Notes under the pieces: generated by a model
Databases searched by the model: none
The model's input: only the letters and a program-made list of their open reading frames with translations
Told to the model about the DNA's origin: nothing
NCBI GenBank assembly: GCA_041663285.1
Contig: JBAZSP010000001.1
Coordinates: forward strand, 7,454-71,453
Length of the DNA: 64,000 nt
Direction of reading: 5' to 3'
From: Candidatus Shapirobacteria bacterium
GTDB taxonomy: Bacteria > Patescibacteriota > Microgenomatia > UBA12405
Position numbers and translations under genes: made by a program
Part shown: piece after piece, positions 1 through 10,067 of the stretch
Numbering within the stretch: position 1 is the stretch's first letter
How the letters are laid out: each line of letters starts with the position of its first letter

Positions 1-1226
1 AGCATCATCCACAAGATTAAATTTCCCCCCAGCAAAACCACTCCCGATATTCTCGCCACCCTGGTTTTGCAGTACCGGCCCATCACTATTGCCAAGGTCG
101 GAATTCCGCTATATAGATATCGGCCCAAATTAAGTGGCCAGTCGTAAATCACCGCTGATATTGTTTGGGTAGCCAACCCTAACAACACTGGAGCCACCCA
201 AATCAGGCTCTTTTTTTGAGTCACCATCAACGGAGCTATCACCATCGCCATCAAAAACATTATGTTAATTCCGGCGATACTTTTATTGGTAGTCAAATGC
301 ATCCGCCACTCTTCCGGCCAAATTAAAGTCTCCATACTTTTTATTATTAATTGCGGAACTTGCCTAAACTCGGTTTTAATGTTTTGGGGATTTACAAACG
401 GTTGCTGCATTGCCAGTGCCTGCTTATTCGCCGTTAGACTGCCGTAGTGCTTGTAATTAAATCCCATCCATCCGGCCATCAATCCTCCGGTCAAACCTAT
501 CAATAGCACCACTCGTCTAAATTTTATTTTCCCGGCTCTTAAGTTTCGAAAAAGTACTGCCCCCCAAATAACCGCCAAATAAATCAGTGTAAATTTAGTT
601 AATATCCCCATAGCCAATACAACTGCCAATTTCAGCTGTAGCCTCGGCTTGTCTTGACTTTCAGTCTGCCAAATCAGGTATACAAATCCCAAAGCCATAA
701 ACATTTCCAGCGATGCATTGCTGATTACACTGTTTCTTATCACCATCCCCGGCCACAAAAAATAATTCAAAGCCCACACCCTGGCCCAGATATTTTTCGG
801 GTACACCTGGTTTATAAACTTTATACTTAAGCCTACCGCAGCCAGATAAATCAAAAAAGTTCCGATCCTTAGAGCGCTAATTTTTGCCGGTAGATTATTA
901 CCGACAAAATAAGCCGGTGCCGCCAATAAATAATATAGTGGCGGCTGAAATGCCTCATAGGCATACTTCCCCAAACCTTCCGACTCCAGATTACCGGTGT
1001 ATGGGTTTGGGTAATCGCCATTTTTAATCTGCAAAAATTCCTGGCTGCTGAAATCTAGCCCCAATACCGGCATCCTTTTTTCCTGTGCCACTGTCTGAAT
1101 ATAGTCAAAATGGGCACCTTCATCTATCGGGTTCCATTTTGGTAGTCTTATTACCGAAAATAGGCCTAAAGACACAATTAATAACAGTTGGACAAGAGCA
1201 ATAATTTTACCGGCCTTATCTGCCAT
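1..1226 (-). CDS. Polytopic membrane protein, GT-C-like (ArnT/PMT-type) glycosyltransferase candidate; 3' end truncated by window start
   Basis: Reverse-strand ATG at 1226-1224. I translated it myself: MADKAGKIIALVQLLLIVSLGLF...NPIDEGAHFDYIQ...PPLYYLLAAPAYF... with many TM helices and no stop before position 1. It is absent from the ORF track only because it has no in-window stop. The DEGAHF/PPLYY region resembles the periplasmic loop motifs of GT-C glycosyltransferases. Confidence 0.5.
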   Translation of the reverse strand, partial: MADKAGKIIALVQLLLIVSLGLFSVIRLPKWNPIDEGAHFDYIQTVAQEKRMPVLGLDFSSQEFLQIKNGDYPNPYTGNLESEGLGKYAYEAFQPPLYYLLAAPAYFVGNNLPAKISALRIGTFLIYLAAVGLSIKFINQVYPKNIWARVWALNYFLWPGMVIRNSVISNASLEMFMALGFVYLIWQTESQDKPRLQLKLAVVLAMGILTKFTLIYLAVIWGAVLFRNLRAGKIKFRRVVLLIGLTGGLMAGWMGFNYKHYGSLTANKQALAMQQPFVNPQNIKTEFRQVPQLIIKSMETLIWPEEWRMHLTTNKSIAGINIMFLMAMVIAPLMVTQKKSLIWVAPVLLGLATQTISAVIYDWPLNLGRYLYSGIPTLAIVMGRYCKTRVARISGVVLLGGNLILWMM

Positions 1227-1248
1227 TAAGCTAAGTATAATCTAATTC

Positions 1249-2676
1249 ATGGCTCCAAAAGTTTACGACGTTGTTATTCTTGGGGCTGGCCTGGCTGGTC
1301 TGGCTTGCGCTGATCACATTTTGTCCGAAAATCCCGGCCACCAGGTAATTATTCTCGAAAAGAACAAACATATCGGCGGTCTGGCCGCCACCTTGAGGTA
1401 TCGTGGTTTTCGCTATGATTTGTCGCCCCACCGCTGGTACACCAAAAATGCCCAGTTAAATTCCTGGTTAGAAAAATTAATGGCCGACCAATTACTCTGG
1501 GTCAACAAAACTACCCCAATGTACCAGTTTGGAAAATTTTTTAATTATCCCGTCGAAATTCTCGACGTCATCAAAAAAATTGGCTTGTTTAAATCTGCCG
1601 CCATGCTCCTATCCTTTATTGGCGTAAAAATTCAACATTTAATATTACCCCGGCCTATAAGGACTATGGAAGACGCCTATAAAACCCGTTTCGGTTCTGT
1701 GCTTTACCGGTGGTTTAATTTAGAGTACAACGAAAAGTTATGGGGTAGGGGAGGTTGTCGATCTATGTCGGCCGATTTTGTCAATCAGCGGGTAAAAAAT
1801 CTGTCCATCACTTCAGCTATCGCCAATGCTCTTGGCATAAACCGTCATCAGGTCATTTCCCTGGTGCCCCGCTTTCGTTATCCCAAGCTTGGTGTCGGCC
1901 AAATTAGTCATCGGCTCCTTAAACGGCTGACCGCCAATGGAGGTAGTTGTCTACTAGATCAATCCATTACTTCAATATCCCACACAAATGGCCTTTATCG
2001 GATAACTACTACAAAAGGCCGCTTTTTCGCCCGGCATCTTATCTCTTCCGTCCCACTTCCTGTTCTCACCAGCCTCCTTTGCCCCGGGCATCGGGTTAAC
2101 GCCCAAGCCCACCGGTTAGAATTTATCGATCAAAAAATTGTCGTTCTTTTTGCCAAAGAAGCTCCATTAACGGCCTTCACTTGGCTTTATGTCCACCCGC
2201 CTCATATCAAGACCTTCCGTTTTTTGGAAACCGCCAATTGGTCCTCATTTATGTCGCCTTCTGGTAAAACCAGTTTAGTTTTTGAGTATCCTTACCAGCC
2301 GGGCGATCCGGTCAGTCAGCTTACCAGTCGGCAGCTAATTAATACCACCATCAACGATTTCCTCCGTTATTTTGCCCCGGCCGGTGTCAGCCGCCACCAT
2401 CTGATTAACGCCCGGGTCCACACTGTTTTTCAAGCTTACCCCAAATACAACCTTACTTACAAAACCTACTTGCCTAAAATCAAAAACTATCTTAGGAGCC
2501 ATCATCCAAAACTCCAATTAATCGGTCGCAACGGTCTTTTCCATTACAACAATATGGATCATTCCATTCTCACCGGTATTCTGGCCGCCAAAAATTTTCT
2601 GGCCGGCAATTCAATTTACGATCTTGACCAGGTCAACAACGACGCCGAATATGTCGAAGAAGTCCGGGTACCCTAA
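1249..2676 (+). CDS. FAD/NAD(P)-binding oxidoreductase (amine-oxidase / UDP-galactopyranose-mutase-like fold)
   Basis: N-terminal Rossmann dinucleotide motif VVILGAGLAGLA followed by EKNKHIGG...GPH-like segment typical of the FAD-dependent amine oxidase/UGM superfamily. Exact substrate cannot be assigned. Confidence 0.6.
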   Translation: MAPKVYDVVILGAGLAGLACADHILSENPGHQVIILEKNKHIGGLAATLRYRGFRYDLSPHRWYTKNAQLNSWLEKLMADQLLWVNKTTPMYQFGKFFNYPVEILDVIKKIGLFKSAAMLLSFIGVKIQHLILPRPIRTMEDAYKTRFGSVLYRWFNLEYNEKLWGRGGCRSMSADFVNQRVKNLSITSAIANALGINRHQVISLVPRFRYPKLGVGQISHRLLKRLTANGGSCLLDQSITSISHTNGLYRITTTKGRFFARHLISSVPLPVLTSLLCPGHRVNAQAHRLEFIDQKIVVLFAKEAPLTAFTWLYVHPPHIKTFRFLETANWSSFMSPSGKTSLVFEYPYQPGDPVSQLTSRQLINTTINDFLRYFAPAGVSRHHLINARVHTVFQAYPKYNLTYKTYLPKIKNYLRSHHPKLQLIGRNGLFHYNNMDHSILTGILAAKNFLAGNSIYDLDQVNNDAEYVEEVRVP

Positions 2677-3533
2677 ATCAGCGGCACTACGTCCGACACC
2701 ATTCGCTGGTTTGGAAATTCTTTTCGCAGTCTCTCAATATCAGCCGTTTCCATTTGCCAGCCTACCGCTTTCAAATTTTCATCCAAATGCTCCTGGCTGC
2801 CCATTTTAGTAATAGCGACTACATTGTTTTGCGAAATTAGCCAGTTTAGGGCAATTTGGGCTGCAGTTTTTTGATATTTACTCATCATCTCCTCCATAAC
2901 CTTTGGTGGGTTACCCAAAATTCCCTCCGTCTGTAGCGGCCGCCAGGCAACAAACAACATATCGTTTTTTTGGCAATAATCAACCAGCCCCGCCTTTTCG
3001 GTTTCTCTTACCACCAGATTTAGGTGCAACTGGTTCGCCACGATTTTTGAATCACATAAACTTTGGGCTTCCTCTAACCGTTTAATATTAAAATTACTCA
3101 CGCCAATATTTTTTATCCAGCCTTCTTTTTTTAGCCAATTCATTGCCTTCATCGTTTCGGCTATTGGTATTTCCAAATTCGGTTTGTGTACCAGGTAAAG
3201 ATCCAAATAATCTACCCCAAGCCTCTTGAGGCTGCCCTTAGCTGCTGCAATTACGTCTTCAAAACTCAAATTATTTTTTGCTACTTTTGAGACTAAAAAA
3301 ATTTTTTTCCGGTCAAAATTCTTAATCGCCTGCCCCACAATCTCTTCCGCCCCGCCCTGGGCATAACTTTCCGCCGTATCTATATGGCTAATTCCGGAAT
3401 TTATTGCCATCTCCACCGATTTAATTTCGGTTACTTTTAAATCCGGATACTCACCCATCATCCAGGTCCCCAGCCCCAGCACCGGCATTTCAAAGCCATT
3501 AGTTAGTTTTTTTGTTGGAATAGTTTTAATCAT
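2673..3533 (-). CDS. Aldo/keto reductase family oxidoreductase
   Basis: 286 aa; LGLGTW...G...IDTAESY, LVSKV, and C-terminal motifs of the AKR (beta/alpha)8 family. Confidence 0.85.
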   Translation of the reverse strand: MIKTIPTKKLTNGFEMPVLGLGTWMMGEYPDLKVTEIKSVEMAINSGISHIDTAESYAQGGAEEIVGQAIKNFDRKKIFLVSKVAKNNLSFEDVIAAAKGSLKRLGVDYLDLYLVHKPNLEIPIAETMKAMNWLKKEGWIKNIGVSNFNIKRLEEAQSLCDSKIVANQLHLNLVVRETEKAGLVDYCQKNDMLFVAWRPLQTEGILGNPPKVMEEMMSKYQKTAAQIALNWLISQNNVVAITKMGSQEHLDENLKAVGWQMETADIERLRKEFPNQRMVSDVVPLI

Positions 3534-3739
3534 AGTCCATTTTACCTCTTTCTTTTTTAAGCTTAATTACAGTTTCGTTTCTTATACTCATCTCACTTTT
3601 AGCTGCCAAACAGCGCCCGGATCAAACGTAACACTCTGGGCGTTGTTTAGCCGCTACAAGTCCCAGCTTGTCAGTCATGCAAATATCTTCTTACCGATTT
3701 TGTACAGCTTAATTTCAGCCCTGGCTTTATACTATCCTT

Positions 3740-4414
3740 ATGCGAATTCTGGTAGTTGAAGATGAACACCGTATCGCCAACTCGATCAAAAAAGGCCTTG
3801 AGCAGGAGCGCTATGCTGTTGATGTTGCCTATGATGGTACCGGGGGTTTCGATCTGGCCTCAACCGAAGATTATGATTTAATCATTCTTGACCTGATGTT
3901 ACCCGGTATTGACGGCCTAACAATTTGCCAAAGGCTACGCCAAAAAGATATCCACACTCCAGTTTTAATTTTAACCGCCAAGGATCAGATTCAGGATAAA
4001 GTCAAAGGCCTCAATACCGGTGCCGATGACTATCTTACCAAGCCCTTTGCTTTTGATGAACTATTAGCTCGAATTCGGGCGCTAAGCCGTCGGCCCAAAA
4101 ATGTTTTAAGTTCTGTTTTAACCGTCTCCGACTTACGGCTTAATACCCAGACTTTTGAAGTTTTCCGTGACGGCCACTCAATCACTTTGTCCGGCAAAGA
4201 GTTCGCCCTGCTTGAGTATTTAATGCGCCACCCTCGTCAGATTGTCAACAAAGATCAGATAATAAACCACGTTTGGGATTACGATTCCAACATTTTACCC
4301 AACACTGTCGAAGTTTATATCCGCCATCTTCGTCGCAAAATAGATTTGCCTTTCAAAAGCTTGCCCCGGCTAATCCATACTATCCGGGGCTTTGGTTATA
4401 AACTTGGTAGCTAA
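3740..4414 (+). CDS. OmpR/PhoB-family response regulator (receiver + winged-helix DNA-binding domain)
   Basis: MRILVVEDE...DLIILDLMLPG receiver motifs. C-terminal winged-helix LTxKEFALLEYLMRHP...V(I)RHLRRKID typical of the OmpR family. Confidence 0.9.
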   Translation: MRILVVEDEHRIANSIKKGLEQERYAVDVAYDGTGGFDLASTEDYDLIILDLMLPGIDGLTICQRLRQKDIHTPVLILTAKDQIQDKVKGLNTGADDYLTKPFAFDELLARIRALSRRPKNVLSSVLTVSDLRLNTQTFEVFRDGHSITLSGKEFALLEYLMRHPRQIVNKDQIINHVWDYDSNILPNTVEVYIRHLRRKIDLPFKSLPRLIHTIRGFGYKLGS

Positions 4415-4450
4415 GTATAATAAAGAGTAACTTCGGCATTAAAATTAACC

Positions 4451-5470
4451 ATGTTCAAACAAGCCCGCCTGAAGTTAACTGCCTGGTACCTGGTAATTAT
4501 CATGTTTATCAGCCTTTCTTTTAGTCTGGTTATTTTCCGGTTTCTTTGCCTCGAAGTTGATCGTTTTGCCAACATGCAACGTTTCCGGTTTGAGCGTCGC
4601 TTTTTAGAGAACGGTATTTCGCCGCCTTTAATTATTGTTGATTCCCAGCTGGTTGCTGACACCAAAAGCCGGGTAGCTCTGGTTTTGGCCCTAATCAACG
4701 GAGGTATTTTGTTTATTTCCGGGGGCTTAGGCTTTTTATTAGCCGGCAAAACCCTCAAGCCCATCCAGCAAATGCTGGACGACCAGAAGCGATTTGTTTC
4801 CGACGCTTCCCACGAGCTACGCACCCCGTTAACTTCTCTCAAAAGCGCCATAGAAGTCGGCCTCCGCGACAAAAAGCTTACCCTAAAAGACGCCAAAATT
4901 TTACTTAAAGAAAATATTGCCGACGTTGACCGTCTCCAATTACTTACCCAGGGTCTTCTTAAACTTACCAATTCCGCCGCTGTCGATTCTGCAATCAAAT
5001 TCAGCCAAACCTCCGCCGAAGCTATTGTTAACGAAGTCATAAAAAGAACCAAATCTATCGCTACTTCTAAAAATATCACTATCCTTAATCAAGTCAAAGA
5101 CATCCGCATTTCCGCCGATCCCTCCGGTCTGGCCGATGTTTTAGTGATTCTTATCGATAATGCCATTAAGTACAGTCAGGATTCAACCCGCATTACCATT
5201 TCTTCCCGCCAGCACGACGCTTATCTTTATTTGTCTGTCACCGATCAGGGTGTTGGCATTAATAGCTTCGACCTGCCCCGTATTTTTGACCGCTTCTATC
5301 GGGCCGATCAATCACGATCTGCTTCTTCTCCGCCGGGTTATGGACTGGGGCTGTCAATTGCCCAAAAAATTATTACTGCCCATCATGGAGCTATCAGCGT
5401 GGTCAGTAAACCGGGGCAGGGGAGCACCTTTACTGTTAAACTTCCCCTCGTTCAGCCAAAATTAAGTTAA
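4451..5470 (+). CDS. Sensor histidine kinase (2 TM, HisKA + HATPase_c)
   Basis: H-box ASHELRTPLTSL. N/G1/G2 boxes (IDNAIKYS, DQGVGI, GYGLGLSIA). Two N-terminal TM helices. Directly follows the response regulator. Confidence 0.85.
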   Translation: MFKQARLKLTAWYLVIIMFISLSFSLVIFRFLCLEVDRFANMQRFRFERRFLENGISPPLIIVDSQLVADTKSRVALVLALINGGILFISGGLGFLLAGKTLKPIQQMLDDQKRFVSDASHELRTPLTSLKSAIEVGLRDKKLTLKDAKILLKENIADVDRLQLLTQGLLKLTNSAAVDSAIKFSQTSAEAIVNEVIKRTKSIATSKNITILNQVKDIRISADPSGLADVLVILIDNAIKYSQDSTRITISSRQHDAYLYLSVTDQGVGINSFDLPRIFDRFYRADQSRSASSPPGYGLGLSIAQKIITAHHGAISVVSKPGQGSTFTVKLPLVQPKLS

Positions 5471-5487
5471 CAAAAATAAACTCGGCC

Positions 5488-6714
5488 ATGTTTAAAAAAT
5501 TACCGTTACTTTACAAAGTTTTGTTAATTACTCTTCTCCTTGTATCCCTCTACTACGTCTATAATCGCCGCCAAGCCGGCCAGTCCGCTGTTCCCCAATA
5601 TCAGACCGCCAAAGCCGAAAAAGGTACTTTAATTGTTGCCCTCACCTCATCCGGCCAGATTACCACCAGTAACAGCCGGACCGTCACCACCACTGCCTCC
5701 GGCGTAGTTAAAAAGGTATTTGTTAAAGAAGGAGATAAGGTCAAAACCGGCACTCCGATTCTCCAAATCGATCTGGATTTAACCGGCCAGCAAAAGCTGC
5801 AATCTGCTTATTCGTCTTATTTGTCCGCCCAAAACAGCCTTAAGTCTGCTCAGGACCGGCTATATAGTCTCGAAAGCGATTTTGTTGGTGCCAAAAACGT
5901 TTTTGACAACCAATGGGCCAGCCAATCCCCGGACGACCCAACTTACAAACAAAAACATTTTGCTCTTTTAACTGCCCAGGAGTCTCTGGCCAACCAACAA
6001 AAAGTTATCAATCAAGCTCAGGCCGCCCTTCAGTCCTCCCGATTATCCTATCAATTGGCTAGCTCTACTGTTTATGCTCCAATTTCCGGAACTGTTACCG
6101 CAATTTCATTAACTCCCGGCATGATCTTAAATCCCACCAGTGATTCCGGTAATAGTAGTAACATCGAAAACAAAATCGCTTTGGTCAAAACCGGTGCTGC
6201 TCCCACCGTCAGCATTAGCCTCACCGAAATTGATGTTCCCAAGGTCAAGGTTGGCAATAAAGTTACGATTACCTTAGATGCTTTCCCCTCAAAAAGCTTC
6301 ACCGGTAAAGTTATCGCTGTCGATACTACCGGTACTGTTTCTTCCGGAGTTGCCTCTTATCCGACCACCATTCAATTTGACTCCGAAGAGCCGGAAATTT
6401 TGGCCAATATGTCAGCTACTGCCAATATCATTACCAATATCAAAGATTCGGTTTTACTGGTTCCGGCCTCAGCAATTCAAATTCAAAACGGCCAGTCTCA
6501 AATCCGCTATCTTAGTAACGGCCAGCTGGCTTACAAAACCGTCGAGGTCGGCCTTCAATCGTCCACCCAAGCCGAAATTATTTCCGGCATTAGTGAAGGG
6601 GATGAGGTCGTTACTTCGGTAACCACCCCGGCTTCCTCATCCACTTCTTCCCAAAGTTCTTCACCTTTTAGTGGATTTGGCGGCGGTGGCGGCGTACGGA
6701 TTATGAATCGATAA
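5488..6714 (+). CDS. Efflux transporter periplasmic adaptor (HlyD/MacA-like membrane fusion protein)
   Basis: N-terminal TM anchor, long coiled-coil region, C-terminal beta-barrel-like segment with Ser/Gly-rich tail. Immediately precedes the ABC ATPase and FtsX-type permease. Confidence 0.7.
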   Translation: MFKKLPLLYKVLLITLLLVSLYYVYNRRQAGQSAVPQYQTAKAEKGTLIVALTSSGQITTSNSRTVTTTASGVVKKVFVKEGDKVKTGTPILQIDLDLTGQQKLQSAYSSYLSAQNSLKSAQDRLYSLESDFVGAKNVFDNQWASQSPDDPTYKQKHFALLTAQESLANQQKVINQAQAALQSSRLSYQLASSTVYAPISGTVTAISLTPGMILNPTSDSGNSSNIENKIALVKTGAAPTVSISLTEIDVPKVKVGNKVTITLDAFPSKSFTGKVIAVDTTGTVSSGVASYPTTIQFDSEEPEILANMSATANIITNIKDSVLLVPASAIQIQNGQSQIRYLSNGQLAYKTVEVGLQSSTQAEIISGISEGDEVVTSVTTPASSSTSSQSSSPFSGFGGGGGVRIMNR

Positions 6715-6718
6715 ACTT

Positions 6719-7393
6719 ATGATTAAAGTTAGCCATCTGACCAAGGTCTACCACAACGACGGTGTCGACACCGTCGCCTTAAGAGGGATTTCTTTCGAAG
6801 TTAAGGCTGGGGAGTTTGTCTCCATCATGGGGCCTTCGGGTAGTGGCAAATCTACCCTGATGCATATTCTGGGGGCTCTTGACGTGCCTTCCTCCGGTTC
6901 CTATCTTCTTGATAATCAAAATATTGAAAGTTTAAACGACGACCAGCTAGCCGAAATCCGTAACCTCAAGATCGGTTTTGTTTTTCAGGCATTTAATCTA
7001 CTACCCCGAACTACTGCCTTAAAAAACGTTATGTTGCCTATGGCATATGCCGGTATTGACAATCAATTGCGGGAAGAAAAATCCCGGTATTTTTTAAATT
7101 TGGTCGGATTAGCCGATAGGATGTATCACACCTCCAACCAGCTTTCCGGCGGCCAGCAACAACGGGTGGCCATTGCCCGGGCCCTGGCTCTTGACCCCAA
7201 AATCATTCTGGCCGATGAGCCGACCGGCAATATCGCCACCGATCAGGCCGAGGAGATAATGGCAATTTTTTCCCGGATCAATCACGATGGCCGGACTATT
7301 GTCATGATTACCCACGAAGAAGATATTGCCCGTCATTCGCAAAGAATAATTACCATCCGCGACGGCAAAATCGAAAAGGATAAAAAAATATGA
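6719..7393 (+). CDS. ABC transporter ATP-binding protein (MacB/LolD/YknY-like)
   Basis: Walker [13 protein letters not shown] signature [15 protein letters not shown], Walker [10 protein letters not shown]-loop. Confidence 0.9.
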   Translation: MIKVSHLTKVYHNDGVDTVALRGISFEVKAGEFVSIMGPSGSGKSTLMHILGALDVPSSGSYLLDNQNIESLNDDQLAEIRNLKIGFVFQAFNLLPRTTALKNVMLPMAYAGIDNQLREEKSRYFLNLVGLADRMYHTSNQLSGGQQQRVAIARALALDPKIILADEPTGNIATDQAEEIMAIFSRINHDGRTIVMITHEEDIARHSQRIITIRDGKIEKDKKI

Positions 7394-7538
7394 ATCGCTC
7401 TAACACCTATCTTTCGCCTTATACAAAAACTTTATCATTCCGTACCTTTTTCCATTACCCCTTTATCCGTCATTTCCAAGACTTCGACGTAAGTCGGAAG
7501 CCGAAGCCATCTCAACCGCTGATTTTTTAATAAACACC

Positions 7539-8765
7539 ATGACCCTCAAAGAAATTATCCTCGAAGGCATCCAAACCTTAGGTCTAAACAAAATGCGGAC
7601 CGGCTTAGCCGCTTTGGGCATCATTATCGGTATCGGTAGCGTCATCGCCTTAATCTCCTTGGGGCAGGGGAGCCAGCTGGCAGTCGAAAACCAAATCCAG
7701 TCTCTTGGCGCCAACTTATTAACCGTCATGCCGGGCGGTAGCCGGCAACAGGGCAACGTCCGTCAGGCAGCTGGCAGCAATACCACCCTCACTCTGGACG
7801 ATGCCCTCTCAATTGTATCTTCCAGCCAGATCACCGCTGTCAAAAACGTTTCGCCCGAATTTTCCCGACGCTACCAGGTAATTGCCGGGGGCAACAACAC
7901 CAATACTCAAGTCATGGGTGTTTACCCTCAATACGCCGAAATCCGAAAAATTAGTTTATCCGGTGGTAACTTTGTCAGTCAACGTGAAGTCGATAGCCTG
8001 GCCAAAGTGGCAGTTTTGGGTTCTGAAGTTGTCACCAACTTGTTTGGTGAAGGAGCTAATCCTATCGGCCAATCAATCAGAATCAACAAACAGAGTTTTA
8101 TTGTTATCGGAGTGGCCCAATCAAAAGGTGGATCAGGTTTTATGAACCAGGACGATATAATTTATATTCCCCTGTCTACCCTTCAAAAGCAGCTGGCGGG
8201 TGTCAGTTATTTATCTACCATCGCCATCGAAGCCAAGTCCCAGGAATTAATGGTTGAGGCCCAAAACCAGGTTGGTTACTTCCTTCTTGACCGGCACAAA
8301 CTTTCCGATCCTGCTCAAGCCGATTTTTCCATTATGTCGCAAAACGATATTCTCAACACTGCTTCACAAGTCACCGGTACTTTTACCACTTTATTAAGCG
8401 GTATCGCGGCTATCTCACTTATAGTCGGCGGTATTGGTATTATGAACATCATGCTGGTCACCGTTACCGAACGCACCCGCGAAATTGGCCTCCGCAAAGC
8501 TCTTGGTGCCAAAAGAAAAACCATCATCACTCAATTTTTAGTTGAAGCCGTCATTTTAACCTTTATTGGTGGTATTCTGGGCATGGTTTTGGGTATCGGC
8601 ACCTCCCTGGCTTTATCAAAATTAATGGGTTTCCCCTTTGCTGTTTCCCCCGTATCGATTATCTTAGCCATCGGTGTCTCGGCTGGTATCGGTATAATAT
8701 TTGGCTGGTATCCGGCCAAAAAGGCCGCCCGCCTTCAACCCATTGAAGCATTAAGATACGAGTAA
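7539..8765 (+). CDS. ABC transporter permease, FtsX/MacB-type (large periplasmic domain + 4 TM)
   Basis: N-terminal TM, ~250-aa extracytoplasmic domain, C-terminal FtsX-like 3-TM bundle with ...ERTREIGLRKALGA... conserved motif. Confidence 0.85.
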   Translation: MTLKEIILEGIQTLGLNKMRTGLAALGIIIGIGSVIALISLGQGSQLAVENQIQSLGANLLTVMPGGSRQQGNVRQAAGSNTTLTLDDALSIVSSSQITAVKNVSPEFSRRYQVIAGGNNTNTQVMGVYPQYAEIRKISLSGGNFVSQREVDSLAKVAVLGSEVVTNLFGEGANPIGQSIRINKQSFIVIGVAQSKGGSGFMNQDDIIYIPLSTLQKQLAGVSYLSTIAIEAKSQELMVEAQNQVGYFLLDRHKLSDPAQADFSIMSQNDILNTASQVTGTFTTLLSGIAAISLIVGGIGIMNIMLVTVTERTREIGLRKALGAKRKTIITQFLVEAVILTFIGGILGMVLGIGTSLALSKLMGFPFAVSPVSIILAIGVSAGIGIIFGWYPAKKAARLQPIEALRYE

Positions 8766-8813
8766 TTTAAGCTTTTATTCAGTATCGTTTATTAAAATTT
8801 TTAAAACAATCTT

Positions 8814-9260
8814 ATGAAAACCAACCTTCCCGTGACTATCGTCCTCGTTATTATTTCCGCTGCCGTCGGATTTTTTGGCGGCCTCAAGTATCAGCAATCC
8901 AAAGCCTTTCCTTTCCGTAATTCCGATGCCAATGGAAACCGGATGTTAATTCGAAACGGTCAGCCAGTCGGCCAAAACGGTCAGGCGGGACGTAGTGGCT
9001 TTCGCCCTGTTAATGGCGAAATTATGAGCGCTGATGCCAAAACCATCACGGTCAAGTTACCAGACGGTGGCTCCAAAATTGTTCTGGTCACCGATCAAAC
9101 CGAAATCAGTAAATTTACCCAGGCTTCCCAGCCTGATCTGGCTACCGGCCAAAAAGTTGCCGCTTTCGGCACCGAAAACCCGGATGGTTCAATCACCGCC
9201 CAGTCTATTCAGCTTAATCCTCAATCCCGACTCCGTCCCACCGTTTCCACTACCCCGTAA
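8814..9260 (+). CDS. Hypothetical membrane-anchored or secreted protein
   Basis: N-terminal hydrophobic helix, Gly/Asn/Gln-rich low-complexity segment. No recognisable domain. Confidence 0.4.
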   Translation: MKTNLPVTIVLVIISAAVGFFGGLKYQQSKAFPFRNSDANGNRMLIRNGQPVGQNGQAGRSGFRPVNGEIMSADAKTITVKLPDGGSKIVLVTDQTEISKFTQASQPDLATGQKVAAFGTENPDGSITAQSIQLNPQSRLRPTVSTTP

Positions 9261-9263
9261 CTT

Positions 9264-9992
9264 TCAGCCGGCAATCCAGGCTGTTGCCGCCACTGGCCCT
9301 CCGGTTGCCCCCTCGATTTTTATTAAGTTTGTTTGCAGGTAAAAATCGTTTCTTTTATCAGCCGGAATATCGCCCAAATGAACCAGCGACTCCACGATCA
9401 TTTTATTCTTTAAAATTTGGTGAGCGGTATGCGTTCCAGGTGGATCAACAGTAATCGAATCTATCCCAACTACCCGGATATTATCGAAACTATTAATATA
9501 GTCAGCTGCTTCTTTTTCCAAATAAGGTAGATTCTCCGGTACATGAGGCCGGTTAATCTCGATCAACTTGTCGTATCCCGTTCTGATTATTACCGCTTTC
9601 AATCTCTGCAGCATCAGCTCATATATTTGTAAGTGCTTTTTAGTGACTCTGGCCAAATATGAAATTCCTCCAAACATTTTGGCCTCTTCGGCATCACTTA
9701 AGTCAATCATCCCCGCCTGGTTGAAAACATAATCCTTTCCCCAGCTCTCAACCCCTCGGCCGCTCATTTCCGGATTCTGATGGTTAGGTCCATCCGCATG
9801 TGGCTGAAAATTATGGTCGCCGGTTTGGTGAATATAGTGCTCCCATCCGGTCTTTTTAATTTCACTAAACACCGTCCGTTGAGGTTTCGGGTCTCCCGGA
9901 TAAACTTCCACATTAAGCTTTAAAGGCTGACTAAGATCGATCAGAACAAAATCCCTACCGGCCATACTTACCAAAGAAGTACTAGTTGGCAT
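9264..9992 (-). CDS. Cyclase-family protein (kynurenine formamidase-like fold)
   Basis: N-terminal ...VLIDLSQPLKLNVEVYPGDPKPQ... resembles the conserved start of the putative cyclase (KynB-like) family; His-rich segment HQTGDHNFQPHADGPNH follows. Assignment is by motif resemblance only. Confidence 0.5.
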   Translation of the reverse strand: MPTSTSLVSMAGRDFVLIDLSQPLKLNVEVYPGDPKPQRTVFSEIKKTGWEHYIHQTGDHNFQPHADGPNHQNPEMSGRGVESWGKDYVFNQAGMIDLSDAEEAKMFGGISYLARVTKKHLQIYELMLQRLKAVIIRTGYDKLIEINRPHVPENLPYLEKEAADYINSFDNIRVVGIDSITVDPPGTHTAHQILKNKMIVESLVHLGDIPADKRNDFYLQTNLIKIEGATGGPVAATAWIAG

Positions 9993-10067
9993 ATCGTGCT
10001 TTTAATCTATAATCTTTATTTTAGACTAAATAGTTATTACAATCTATTGTAAGAATTATTACCAACT

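Noticed and set aside
4411-5079. 222-aa minus-strand ORF overlapping the histidine kinase gene
   Set aside because: Antisense to a gene with clear H-box and HATPase motifs. Its translation is low-complexity with no motifs.
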